Assembly (NCBI RefSeq): GCF_963921235.1
Contig: NC_086097.1
Location: forward strand, 121,894,001-121,958,000
DNA from: Mobula hypostoma
Lineage: Eukaryota
Reading direction: 5' to 3'
Length of the DNA: 64,000 nt
The position numbers and the translations under genes are program-made. The notes below the pieces were generated by a model that saw only the letters and a program-made list of their open reading frames with translations, searched no databases and had not been told where the DNA came from. This document shows, in pieces, positions 26,501 through 37,554 of the stretch; position 1 is the stretch's first letter, and every line of letters begins with the position of its first letter.

Positions 26501-27770
26501 TCCTCTCACACTGTCTCCAAGCTTTCTCTATTTGTCAGCCAACTGCCTATTCCTCCGTCTCTCCAGTTTGGTTCCCACCCCCCAGCAATTCTTGTTTAAA
26601 CTCTCCCCAATAGCCTTAGCAAACCTCCCCACCAGGATATTGGTCCCCCTGGGATTCAAGTGCAACCCGTCCTTTTTATATAGGTCACACCTGCCCCAAA
26701 AGAGATCCCAATGATCCAGAAATCTGAATCCCTGCCCCCTGCTCCAATTCCTCAGCCACGCATTTATCCTCTATCGCATTCTATTCCTATGCTCACTGTC
26801 ACGTAGCATAGGCAGTAATCCCGAGATTACTACCTTTGTGGTCCTGCTTCTCAACTTCCTAACTCCCTGTAGTCTGCTTTCAGGACCTCCACCCTTTTCC
26901 TACCTATGTCGTTGGTACCAATACTACCTCTGGCTGTTCTCCTTCCCACCTCAGGATATCATGGACGCGATCAGAAACATCCCGGACCCTGGCACCTGGG
27001 AGGCAAACTACCATCCGTGTTTCTTTCCTGCGCCCACAGAATCGCCTATCTGACCCCCTAACTATAGGGTCCCGTATCACTGCTGCCATCGTCTTCTTTT
27101 CCCGACCCTTCTGAGCCACAGGGCCAGACTCTGTGCCAGTGGTGTGGCCACTGTTGCTTCTCCCAGTTAGGCCGTCCCCCCAACAGTACTCAAGCAGGAG
27201 TACTTATTTTTAAGGGGTACAGCCACAGGGGTGCTCTCTAGCCTCTGACTTCTGTCCTTCCCTCTCCTGACTGTTACCCACTTATCTGTCTCCCCAGGCC
27301 CCAGGGTGACTACCTGCCTATAGCTCCTCTCTATCACCTGCTCACTCTCCCTGACCAGACGAAGGTCATTGAGCTGCATCTCCAGTTCCTTAACGTGGTC
27401 CCTAAGGAGCTGCAGCATGACGCACCTGGTGCAGATGTGGCCGTCCGGGAGGCTGGGAGTCTCCAGGACTTCCCACATCTGACAGCGAGCACAGAACACC
27501 TGCCTCACACACATACTTCCTGTCTATATTCTACACAGGCAACCTACCTCGCCTCGACCCGTTATTGCCGAAACCCCATTGAACAAAAGCCCTCCTACTC
27601 TGTCTCCCTCTACCCCGTTGCCCGCTCCTCCAATGCCTGCTCTATAAAGCTGTCTCCTTTTAAACTCTTCTCGTTGTTCTAACTGGCTGATGTCCATGTT
27701 TGCGCAGTCATGCCTCGATCAAACCACTGAAGAAATAACCCTCTCCTTTCAAACTCCTCTCGCTTAAGAG
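23510..27770 (-). mobile_element. Near full-length decayed CR1 LINE (ORF1 Zn-finger plus esterase; ORF2 APE endonuclease plus RT)
   Basis: ORF1 CARCQMWE..HICTRC and VVCLPGARVRDV; EN AITETW, YRPPN, GDYN; RT QHGF, YMDFSKAFDKV, SGVPQGSVLGP; 3' tail near 23520. Confidence 0.92.
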
Positions 27771-27899
27771 CAGCAGATCAGGTTAGTAAGGTGGTTATAG
27801 AGCCATACATATTGCTTTCCTTTATTGGCCAAGGTTAAAAAAAAATGAGAGTATGGAGATTATGATAGAACAGTACATAACACTGGCTTTAGAACTACT

Positions 27900-29540
27900 T
27901 ACCATTATTTATTTATTGAGATACAGCACAGAAATGGTCCTTTGAGCCATGCCACACACTAACTTGCTGATTTAACCTTCGCCTCATCCCTGAACAATTT
28001 ACAATGACCAATTAACCTACCAACAGGGGGTGGGGGTGAAACTGGAGTACAGGTGTTCCCCGCTTTTCGAACGTCCGCTTTACGAAACCTCACTGTTATG
28101 AAAGACCTACATTTGTACCCTGTTTTCGCTTTCGGAAGGTGTTTTCACTGTTACAAAAAAAAAGCAGTGTGCGATAAAAAATCAGCGCTCGAAAAAATCA
28201 GCGTGCGATAAAAGGCAGCGCGTGCCCCGAGCAGCTGCTTTCCCCGGATGCAGAACGGCATTGCTTTAACACGTGCTGCGAGCAGCCGTTTGCAAGATGA
28301 GTTCTGAGGTATCGGAAAAGCCTGAAAGAGCTCGTAAGGGTGTTACACTTTGTGTGAAACTAGACATAATTAAGTATTTCGATCGTGGTGAATGAAGTAA
28401 GGACAAAGTGAGTTTGGCTTGTGGAAGCTGACGAACATGATGTTGAAGAGGTTTTGGCATCCCATGACCAAGAACTGACAGATGAAGAGCTGATGCAATT
28501 GTAAGAAAAAAGAATAACAATCGAAACTGAATGAGTAATGATAAAGTACGACTTTAATTTTGAAAGGGTATGTCGGTTTAGGGCATAATTGCAAGATGGT
28601 TTGAGTGCTTAAAAAGAACTGTATGATAGATAAATGCTCGAGGCTCAGCAGTCAAGCAAGCCTTCCACATCAGCCACAGCAGACGACGAACCTCCACCTT
28701 CGACAGCGAGGGGAGCAGTCATAGAAGAAGATGAGCTGCCTGCTCTAATGGAAACAGACGATGACGAGATGACACCCCAGTGTTCCACCACCCCAACCCC
28801 CAGGCCATGGACAGATACCGATTCACAGAGAATGCAACGGTAGCTGGGAGGCACACAGCACATCTTTAAGAAAAAAGCCGAAATAAACTTGCTAATTAAT
28901 TAGGTGCCATCCCACATGTAAATGTTGGCCGAGATCAGAGACGACGTAATCGGAAATCGACACTGATCTGGGCCGACAATTACGTGCCGGACAGCACCTA
29001 ATTAATTAGCTTGTTTGTTTCGGCTTTTTTCTTAAAGATGTGCTGTGTACCTTCTGGCTATCACTGAACCCCTGCGTTCTTCACAGCAATGTATCGCTCA
29101 GCGGCCTGGAGGCTGGGGGCCACTGCACCACCCAACCTGCGACAACTCGGTCTAACATACCATCATCAGTGTGCTCTGCGCTATCTTCCCGATTCCCGTA
29201 AGTGATACTGCACTATACATACGTTATTTCTATTTTATATCAGCTGTGTATTTTTACGTGTTATTTGGTATGATTTGGTAGGTTATTTTTGGGTCTGAGA
29301 ACGCTCACAAAATTTTCCCATATAAATAAATGGTAATTGCTTCTTCGCTTTACGACATTTCGGCTTATGAACCATTTCATAGGAACGCTCTACCTTCGGA
29401 TGGCGGGGGAAACCTGTACCCGGAGGAATCCCATGTGGTCACGGGGAGAACGTACAAACTCTTTACAGATAGCGGCAGGAATTGAACCTGGGTTGCCTGT
29501 ACTGTAAAGCGTTATGCTAACCATTACACTACACTACCCT
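27900..29540 (-). mobile_element. V-SINE (HE1-like) split by a Tigger derivative
   Basis: gaaactggagta|cccggaggaatcccatgtggtcacggggagaacgtacaaact rejoins across the insertion; tRNA-like head near 29470-29540. Confidence 0.75.
28050..29416 (+). mobile_element. Tigger/pogo internal-deletion derivative with a long internal palindrome
   Basis: TA TSD; TIRs CAGGTGTTCCCCGC / GCGGGGGAAACCTG; remnants of the transposase N-terminal HTH (RKGVTLCVKLDIIKYFDRGE) and acidic C-terminus. Confidence 0.88.
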
Positions 29541-30099
29541 TGTCACCCCATTTAATGAACATGTACAAGGAATATTTATGAAGTTGTTGGCAATACTTGC
29601 ATGTATAAGGGACGATTGGATAAATTAGCATGGCTCTCTTTGGAACTGAGGAGACTAAAATGGATGAATAAAACTATGAAAAGCCCACACAAGGCAAGTA
29701 GTATGAAGCTCTTTCTCTTAGTGGACGGATCAAAAACTAGGGTTACTGACTAGTGATACAGTACATGATGGAAAGATGAAAGTGGAGATGAGAAAAAGAA
29801 CAGCTACACAGAAACCCAGATCTCAGTGCTTGAAACTGCCAGCACAGTACATGAAATTCTCTTTGAAGAGCTATGACCTGCCAGTGCTTGAAGAGTGCCG
29901 AGGGAGGTTTTCACCCGGAACAAGATGATGACAGGTACTGTGTGTATTTGGACTGGCACGTGGATGGGAAAAGTTTGGAGGGATACAACACATGGGTTAA
30001 GTTTAGACGAGGATCTTGGTTGGCACAGGCAAGATGGGCTGAGGGGTTTGTTTCCATTCTGTGACTCTATGCCCTCCTATGTTGGGAATTTTCAGCCCA

Positions 30100-30630
30100 T
30101 AAGACATAGGAGCAGAATTAGGCCATTCAGCTCATTAAGTTGGCTCTACTATTCTATGATGGCTGATTTAACATCCCTCTCAACTCCTTTCTCCTGTCTT
30201 GTCACCATAACCTTTGACATCCTTACTAATCAAGAACCTACTAAACTCTGATTTAAATATATCCAATGACTTGGCCTCCAGAGCTGACTGCGGCAATGAA
30301 TTCCACAGATCCACCACACTCAGGCTAAAGAAATTCCTCCTCATCTCTGTTCTAAAAGGATGTCCATGTATTCTTAGACTGTGCCCTTTGGCTCTTGACT
30401 GCTATAGGAAACATCCTCTCCACAGGTACTCTATCTAGGCCTTTCAATATTCAATAGGTTTCAAAAAAGTTCCCCTTCATTTTTCTAAATTCCAATGAGC
30501 ACAGTCCCAGAGTTATCAAACTCCGTAGCTAGAGTCAACATATCATCATATGTTAACCTTTTAACTTCCGAGGTCCTTCTTGTGAACCTCCTCTGTACCC
30601 TCCAGCTTAGATGAGGGGCCCGAACCTACT
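30100..30630 (-). mobile_element. CR1 3' fragment
   Basis: cataagacataggagcagaattaggccattcag tail, followed by CR1 C-terminal sequence. Confidence 0.8.
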
Positions 30631-31089
30631 TACTTTTCTATGACTTCACTGGATAGACAAATTAACTACTAAAATAGATCCAAACCTCCTGCATTACTGC
30701 AAACCTATTGCACAGAATGTTGAATGTCACTGACATTTGAGAATCTACTTGTTTTTTATTCCCAGTGGTTTTCTGTAATCCCCAAATGATGAATTGAGAG
30801 TAAAGTTACCATATAGTCCAAGGACAATTTCTCAATATACCCGCAGCATAACCTCAATTACGAATTCTACAAAGGAGTTAACTACACCTGGTACATTTTG
30901 TTGTCCAAATTATTATACTAAACAATTGTGAACACCAGTTAGCCATAGATGTTCATCATGTGAGTAGCCTATTTTTAAGGTCCAAGTGTCAGGTAGTGTT
31001 ATTCCACAGATTACTCAAACCTTTCTTGGGAATTGGAAGGCAGTTGAAGTTGTAATCTGTAATTGTTTATGCTGCAGATTCTTGACAGA

Positions 31090-31645
31090 AATCTTAAACA
31101 CAACAGATTCTGCAGGTCCACAGCAACACACACAAAATGCTGGAGGAACACAGCATCTACGGAGGGAAATGAACAGGCGGCATTCTCGGCTGAGATGCTT
31201 CATCAGGACTGGGAAATAAAGGGGGGAGAAGGTGGGTGGGGGGGAGAGGATAGAGTACGCACACACACTGGCAGGTAATAGGTGAAGTGAGGTGAGGGGG
31301 AAGGTTGATGGGTGGCTGAGGGGGTTTGAAGTGTGAAGCTGGGAGGTGATAGGTGAAAAAGGTAAAGGGCTAATAGTAGAGGAAAGTGGATCCTGGGAGA
31401 AAGGGAAGTAGGTGGTGCATCGGGGGGGGGGGGTGATAGGCAGGTGAGAAGTATTAAGAGGGGAGCCTGAACTAGGAATGGAAAAGGGGAGGGGGGCAGG
31501 GTGTCTAGAAATTAACGGAAGTTAGAGAAATCAATGTACATGATTTCAAGATGGAGGCTGCACAGACAGAATATGAGTTGTTGCTCCCCCAACCCAAGAG
31601 TGGCCTCATCATGGCAGTGGAGGAGACCATGGAACTCAATAGGTG
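31090..31645 (-). mobile_element. Degenerate Penelope 3' end with decayed hammerhead (about 31175-31210)
   Basis: HGLLHCHDEATLGLGEQQLIF...YIDFSNFR; minus strand AGTCCTGATGAAGCATCTCAGCCGAGAATG. Confidence 0.8.
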
Positions 31646-32639
31646 CCGCCTGACCAGAATTTTGTGTGTGTTTCTTGTCAGAAATCTTCCTTGCCACTGA
31701 AAATAATTTCCACAACTCATCCATCATTTTGCTCCCTTAGGTCATTGGACTTCATTTCTTTAATTTGTATGTATCTTCTCTAAAGCAAAATACGAATTCT
31801 GACAGATAGCTTTATGTAATACATCCAACAGATAAGACAATTCCCTTATTTTGGGATTGATCAGTATTCATGAAGTTCCTTCATTCCAGTTTTCTAAACA
31901 AATTTATTGGTATCTTGTCCGTCAGACTTGATTAGCTCGTGGCAATTCCATTTTAAGATGGAGATCTTTCAACTTTCATTTTTTTCCAGCTGCAACCATG
32001 AGCTTCAGGCCTGATTCTCAAGCCCACAGGGTGTTATTAGCATTAGTTTGACAGCCGAAAGATTGGCAGAGTATTCTTCTATTTCTTGAAATTGTATACA
32101 CCAGTTATCAGCTTATTTTTCTTTGTTCACTCTGTGATATGTTGCAATTTTCTTGATCCACGAGATCTTTCTTCAGTGTAAATGCATTTTGTCTATTGCT
32201 TTGGCAGATGCCATTTCCATTATGATGTAGTTGCTGTTTGTCCTTATATCACAATCTTTCTTCACAGCCTGATGGTTTCCCACATAGTAATTTATATTCG
32301 ATTTCACTCTTTGAGGTTTAATTTGTTATTACTATGTTTTTTCCTAATATTGACAGCCTTTTCCTGATTTGATCCTTTCGGAAATGTTTTCTCTATAAAT
32401 ATTTCTGTCAATCTATACTTCAGCCTGTGTAACTTTGCAAATGTTCCGTTGCTCCAAACAGGTATGTTAGTGTTTATGTGTTTCACTCAGATCAGGACGC
32501 TCCTATCAGATCGTTATTCCTATCACATCCCGCTGAATCATCACTGGTGTACCACGGGTGTATTCTCTCCTCTCTCTTGTTTGCTCCATGCACCAAAGAT
32601 TGTGTGTCCGATGACCCAGCAGCTTAACTGATAAGGTTT

Positions 32640-33720
32640 GTTGATGACACGACTGGATTGGACTAGTCAGCAGAGGCAAAATATCCCAAGAACCACCAGG
32701 AAGTAAACAAGCTAGTGTGCTGGTGCTATCACAATAACTTGGAACTGAATGCCCTTTAAATCAGAGAGATTAATATCAGCTTCAGTAGAAATGTGTCTCC
32801 TCTCCACCCACTCATCATCAGCACCACTACAGTTAGTATTGTTTCAATATTCAGGTTCCTGGGTATCTTTATTTCACAGGACCTCGTGTGGGAGAACCAT
32901 ATCTCCTTCAGTAATCAAATGACTCAGCAAAGGATGTACTTCTTGTGGTAGCTGATAAATTTCTATCTTTCCCAGAACATATGGCGTGATTTTTAGACTG
33001 CACCACAGAGAGCACCTTCACATCAGTCATCACTGTCTGCTTTGGTGCAATATCCTCTCACAGTGTGCAAAAACGACTGTGAACTGTTAGGTCAGCAGTG
33101 AAGCTCACTGGCTGCAGTCTACCATCACTGCAAGACTTGGATGTGTTCAGGACAAAGAAGAAGGCAGGAAGAATCATCACAGACACTAAACACACAGCAA
33201 AATACTTGTTTGAATGTCTCCCTTCTAGAAAGCACTATATATATATATACACAAGCATCCGTTGGTCTCATGAGACCATGGATTTGCACCTTGGAAGGTT
33301 TCCAGGGCATAGGCCTGGGCAAGGTTGTATGGAAGACCAGCAGTTGCCCATGCTGCAAGTCTCCCCTCTCCATGCCACCAATGTTGTCCAAGGGAATGGC
33401 ATTAGGACCCATACAGCTTGGCACCGGTGTTGTTGCAGATCAATGTGTGGTTTAAGTGCCTTGCTCAAGAACACAACACGCTGCCTCAGCCAAGGCTCGA
33501 ACTAGCGACCTTCAGATCACTAGATGAATGCCTTAACCAGTTGGCCACACGCCAACAAGAAAGCATTATAGAGCCATTAAAACAAAAACTTCATGCCATC
33601 TTAAAAATTTCTTCCCCCAGGTAGTTAATAGGATCAATCATTCTAGTAAGACACCCCCTAGCCCCCTCCATCTATTACCTCAGTCATTGCAATGTACACT
33701 AAACACTTTAAACCACTTTT
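32640..33720 (+). mobile_element. Old Rex/Babar LINE fragment
   Basis: VDDT..., FRFLG, QQRMYFL, FECLPSRKH remnants. Confidence 0.7.
33240..33557 (-). mobile_element. tRNA-derived CORE-type SINE
   Basis: Minus-strand A-box TGGCCAACTGG, B-box GTTCGAGCC, CORE-like TTCTTGAGCAAGGCACTTAAAC; 13-bp TSD agaaagca(c/t)tata at 33227-33239 and 33558-33570. Confidence 0.85.
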
Positions 33721-33849
33721 ATAGGAGGGAGATTGAAAACCTTGCTGAGTGGATCAAGGAGCTGATTATTGACATTAGGAGGAGGAAACTAGAGGTCCAT
33801 TAGCCACTCCTCATAAGAGGATCAGCAACTTTGAATTCCTTGGTCAAAA

Positions 33850-33982
33850 ACAGGAGGAAATCTGCAGATGCTGGAAATACAAGCAACACATACAAAATGC
33901 TGGAGGAACTCAGTAGACCCAGTAGCATCTATGGAAAAGAGTAAACTGTGGACATTTCGGGCTCAGACCCTTCATCGAGACT
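33850..33982 (-). mobile_element. Short Penelope 3' fragment with degenerate hammerhead
   Basis: Minus strand AGTC-TCGATGA-AGG-GTCTGAG-CCC-GAAATGTC; terminal ccagcattttgtatgtgttgc. Confidence 0.75.
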
Positions 33983-33989
33983 CATTGAT

Positions 33990-34760
33990 ATATGAAACTG
34001 CATTAAGTATGTAGTGCAAAAAGAAAGATATACAGTAAAAAAAGTGGTGTAGTGTTCATGGGTTCAATGACCATTCAGAAATTGGATGGTGGAGGGAAGA
34101 ATCTGTTCCTGAAATGCAGAGTATGTGTCTTCAGGCACCTATACCTCCTCTTTGATGGTAGCAATGAGAAGAGGGCATGTCCAAGGTTAATGAGGGTCCT
34201 TAATGATGGATGCTGCCTTCTTCAGGCATTGTATTTTGAAGGTGCCCTCGATGTGGACATGGCTAATACTCATGACGGATGATGGAACTGACTGAGATTG
34301 CAACTTTCTACAGTTTCCAATCCTATTCAGTAGCCCCTCCATACTGGATGATGATGTAATGAAGTAGAATGCTCTCCATAGTACATCTGTAGAAATTCGC
34401 AAGAGTCTTTGGTGCCAAACCAAGTCTCCTCAAACTCCTGATGAAATATAGCCGCTGCCATGCCTTCTTTGTAATTGTATCAATATGTTGGGCCCAGGAT
34501 AGATCTTCAGAGATATCGACACCCAGGAACTTAAAATTGCCCATCCTTTCTACTGCTGATGAGATCTGGTATGTTCCCTCAACCTTCCTTTCCTGAAGTC
34601 CACAACCAATTCTTTGGTCTTACTAATGTTGAATGCAAGATTTTTGTTGCAACATTACTCGCCCAGCTGGTCTATCTCATTTCTGTACGCCTCCTCATCA
34701 CCATCTGAAATATTGCCAACAATGGTTGTATCATCGGTAAATTTATAGATGGCATTTGGG
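33990..34760 (-). mobile_element. Rex/Babar LINE RT and 3' end
   Basis: FKFLGVDISEDLSW...KAWQRLYFIRSLRRLG...NFYRCTMESIL. Confidence 0.85.
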
Positions 34761-35278
34761 GGATGGGGGAGACAGTGAGTTAGTCAGAGTCAGAGCACGG
34801 AGTCCAGTGTGGTGATCGGTAGTAAGGAAGATGGTCAGGGAACTGATGGTAGTAATTGTCATTTCAAGGTTGAAATGGAAAGCATGCTATTAGGATTATG
34901 CAAGCATTTGGTGTGTCTGAAAGGGGCAGGCTTACAAGCCATATTCAGAAACCTCTGCTCAAGAAGATCATGGGGCAGAAAGATGAAGGATTCACATGGG
35001 AAAGGGTGACCTTATTGGAAAGCTAAAGTAGGCCATTTGATTGGAAACTTCCCTTGGGAAAAGTATGCATTTAAACAAAACAGAGCACTGGAAGAACACT
35101 ATAGTCCAAGCAGCATCTGTGGAAGCCAAAGGTTTAAGATAATTCAAAGTTCAAAAGGCAAAACGGCATTAGGAATGAGAGCACAATATATTTAATTTTG
35201 TTGATATTGTTGCTGTAGTCAAACACAGCATCAGTAATAGTTGAAAACTAAATAAACATTGACTAACATAGACAGTGG

Positions 35279-36265
35279 ACACACACAAAATGCTGAAGGA
35301 ACTCAGCTCCCTATGCGACTCCCTTGTCCATTTGTCCTCCCCATCCCTTCCCTCCGATCTCCCTCCCGGCACTTATCCTTGTAAGCAGAACAAGTGATAC
35401 ACCTGCCCTTACACTTCCTCCCTCACCACCATTCAGGGCCCCAAACAGTCCTTCCAGGTGAGGTGACACTTCACCTGTGAGTCGGCTGGGGTGATATACT
35501 GTGTCCGGTGCTCCTGATGCAGCCTTCTATATATTGACGAGACCCGACGCAGACTGGGAGACTGTTTCCCTGAACACCTACGCTCTGTCTGCCAGAGAAA
35601 GCAGGATCTCCCAGTGGCCACACATTTTAATTCCACGTCCCATTCCCATTCCGATATGTCTATCCACGGCCTCCTCTACTGTCAAAATGAAGCCACACTC
35701 AGGTTGGAGGAACCAACACCTTATATTCCGTCTGGGTAGCCTCCAACCTGATGGCATGAACATCGACTTCTCTAACTTCTGTTAATGCCCCTCCTCCCCT
35801 TCTTACCCCATCCCTTATCTATCTATCTATTTACTTATTTATTTGATTTTTAAAAAAATTTTTCCCCTTTCTTTTCTCTCTCTTTTTTCTCCCTCGGTCT
35901 CTCTCACTATAACTCCTTACCTGCTCTCCATCCTGTGGGCTCCCCTCCTTTCTTTTCCCCTAGGCTTCCCGTCCCATGATCCTCTTCCTTCTCCAGCCTT
36001 GTATCCCTTTTGCCAATCAACTTTCCAGCTCTTAGCTCCATCCCTCCCCCACCCCCCTGTCTTCTCCTATCATTTCGGATCTCCCCTCCCTGCCAACTTT
36101 CAAATCTCTTACTATCTCTTCTTTCAGTTAGTCCTGACGAAGGGTCTTGGCCCAAAACATCGATTGTACCTCTTCCTATAGATGCTGCCTCGGCTGCTGC
36201 GTTCCACCAGCATTTTGTGTGTGTTGCTCGAATTTCCAGCACCTGCAGATTTCCTCGCGTTTGCA
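35279..36265 (+). mobile_element. 5'-truncated Neptune-type Penelope with inverted terminal segment at its 5' end and a mutated hammerhead (36130-36165)
   Basis: GIY-YIG remnant ending QPDGMNIDFSNFC; AGTCCTGACGAAGGGTCTTGGCCCAAAACATCGATT (GAAA changed to AAAA); highly similar to 6385-7260 in opposite orientation. Confidence 0.9.
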
Positions 36266-36284
36266 AATAAACTGTCAATCAGGA

Positions 36285-36420
36285 TTGTCCCGATGGAGGG
36301 TTTCGACCTGAAGCGTCAACTGCTTATCCCCCCCACTTATGTTGCCTGATCTTTTGAGTCCCTCCAGCATTTTGTGTATGTTGATCTGGATTTCCAGCAT
36401 CTGCAGAATCTCTTATCTCT
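36285..36420 (+). mobile_element. Tandem second Penelope 3' terminus with decayed hammerhead
   Basis: gtcccgatggagggtttcgacctgaagcgtcaact...ccagcatctgcagaatctct. Confidence 0.7.
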
Positions 36421-37233
36421 AATATAGTCAGTAATATTTTCTAGTCCTAGAACGTTGTTGGCTACACATTAGTAATGTGGCTGACTATGTTATATTAATG
36501 TATTATATTAAATGGTGGTTATTTCCTGTAACACATGCCAAAGAAATTACTGACCTTAGTATTCCATTTTTTCCAGATACATTGCATTATGAATTATTTC
36601 ATAACTCAGAGGACGGGAAGTGATTTCTAATAAGGTATTGCTCATTTCCAGTCTGTGCAGGTTAGCTACACAAGAGGAGTCCGGGTATGCAGTCATGGTG
36701 TAGTACTACTTAACCATCAGGCTGATATCAGAAACTTGCCATGCCGAGAATACTAAACTCAGTCCATGTCACCACACAAAGGTATACTCATGCTTTTCAC
36801 AGGCAGAAAGCTTCAAGAGTAACCTTTTTTAAGCTGCAGGGGTTTGTAAACTCAGCCAGCTTCATCCTGGGCACCAGCTGCCCCAGCATCGAGGATACCT
36901 TCAAAAGCCAGTGCCTCAGAAAGGAGGCGTACAACATTTATCACCTCCCACCACTCAGGACATGCCCTCTTCTCGTTGCTGCCATCAGGGAAGGAGTATA
37001 GGGACCTAAACACACAGACTCAACATCTTAGAAACAACTTATTCCCCTCCACCATCAACAGTCCATGAATCCATGAACCTTATTTCATTTTTAGTTTTGG
37101 CTCTCTTTTTGAATCGGAATCAGAATCAAGTTTGATATCACTGGCATATGCCATGAAGTTTGTTGTTTTGTGGCAGCAGTACAATGCAATTCATAATAAA
37201 AATAATAAACATAAATTACAATGAGAAGTATAC

Positions 37234-37554
37234 TGTGGTGAGCATTTGGTCCTTGATGACAGACGAGAAAAGATCGATTAACTCAACTTGTTTTTATTGC
37301 GATAAGCTCAAAAACAGACCTGCTGCAATGACCCGGGGAGAGGACATATAGACAGTGGAGGTGATTACCAAACACCCTGGTTACACAAACACACAAGCAA
37401 ATAACTGTATAACCCAAGCTAAGATGTAAAATAAATGAACGTGAACATCCCACCATAATCCCATGAATGCACTTTAAAACAAGAACAATAAGTAGTGCCA
37501 GCTGCCAGGAATAGCCCCAGCCAGCTGTCGACCACACCTCCCCCGTGTGCCACA
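37234..37554 (-). repeat. 3' LTR (321 bp)
   Basis: TGTGG...CCACA termini; homologous to 41766-42122. Confidence 0.9.

Noticed and set aside
33485..33557. tRNA gene (A and B boxes)
   Set aside because: It is the head of a SINE, with CORE-like body, tail and TSD.
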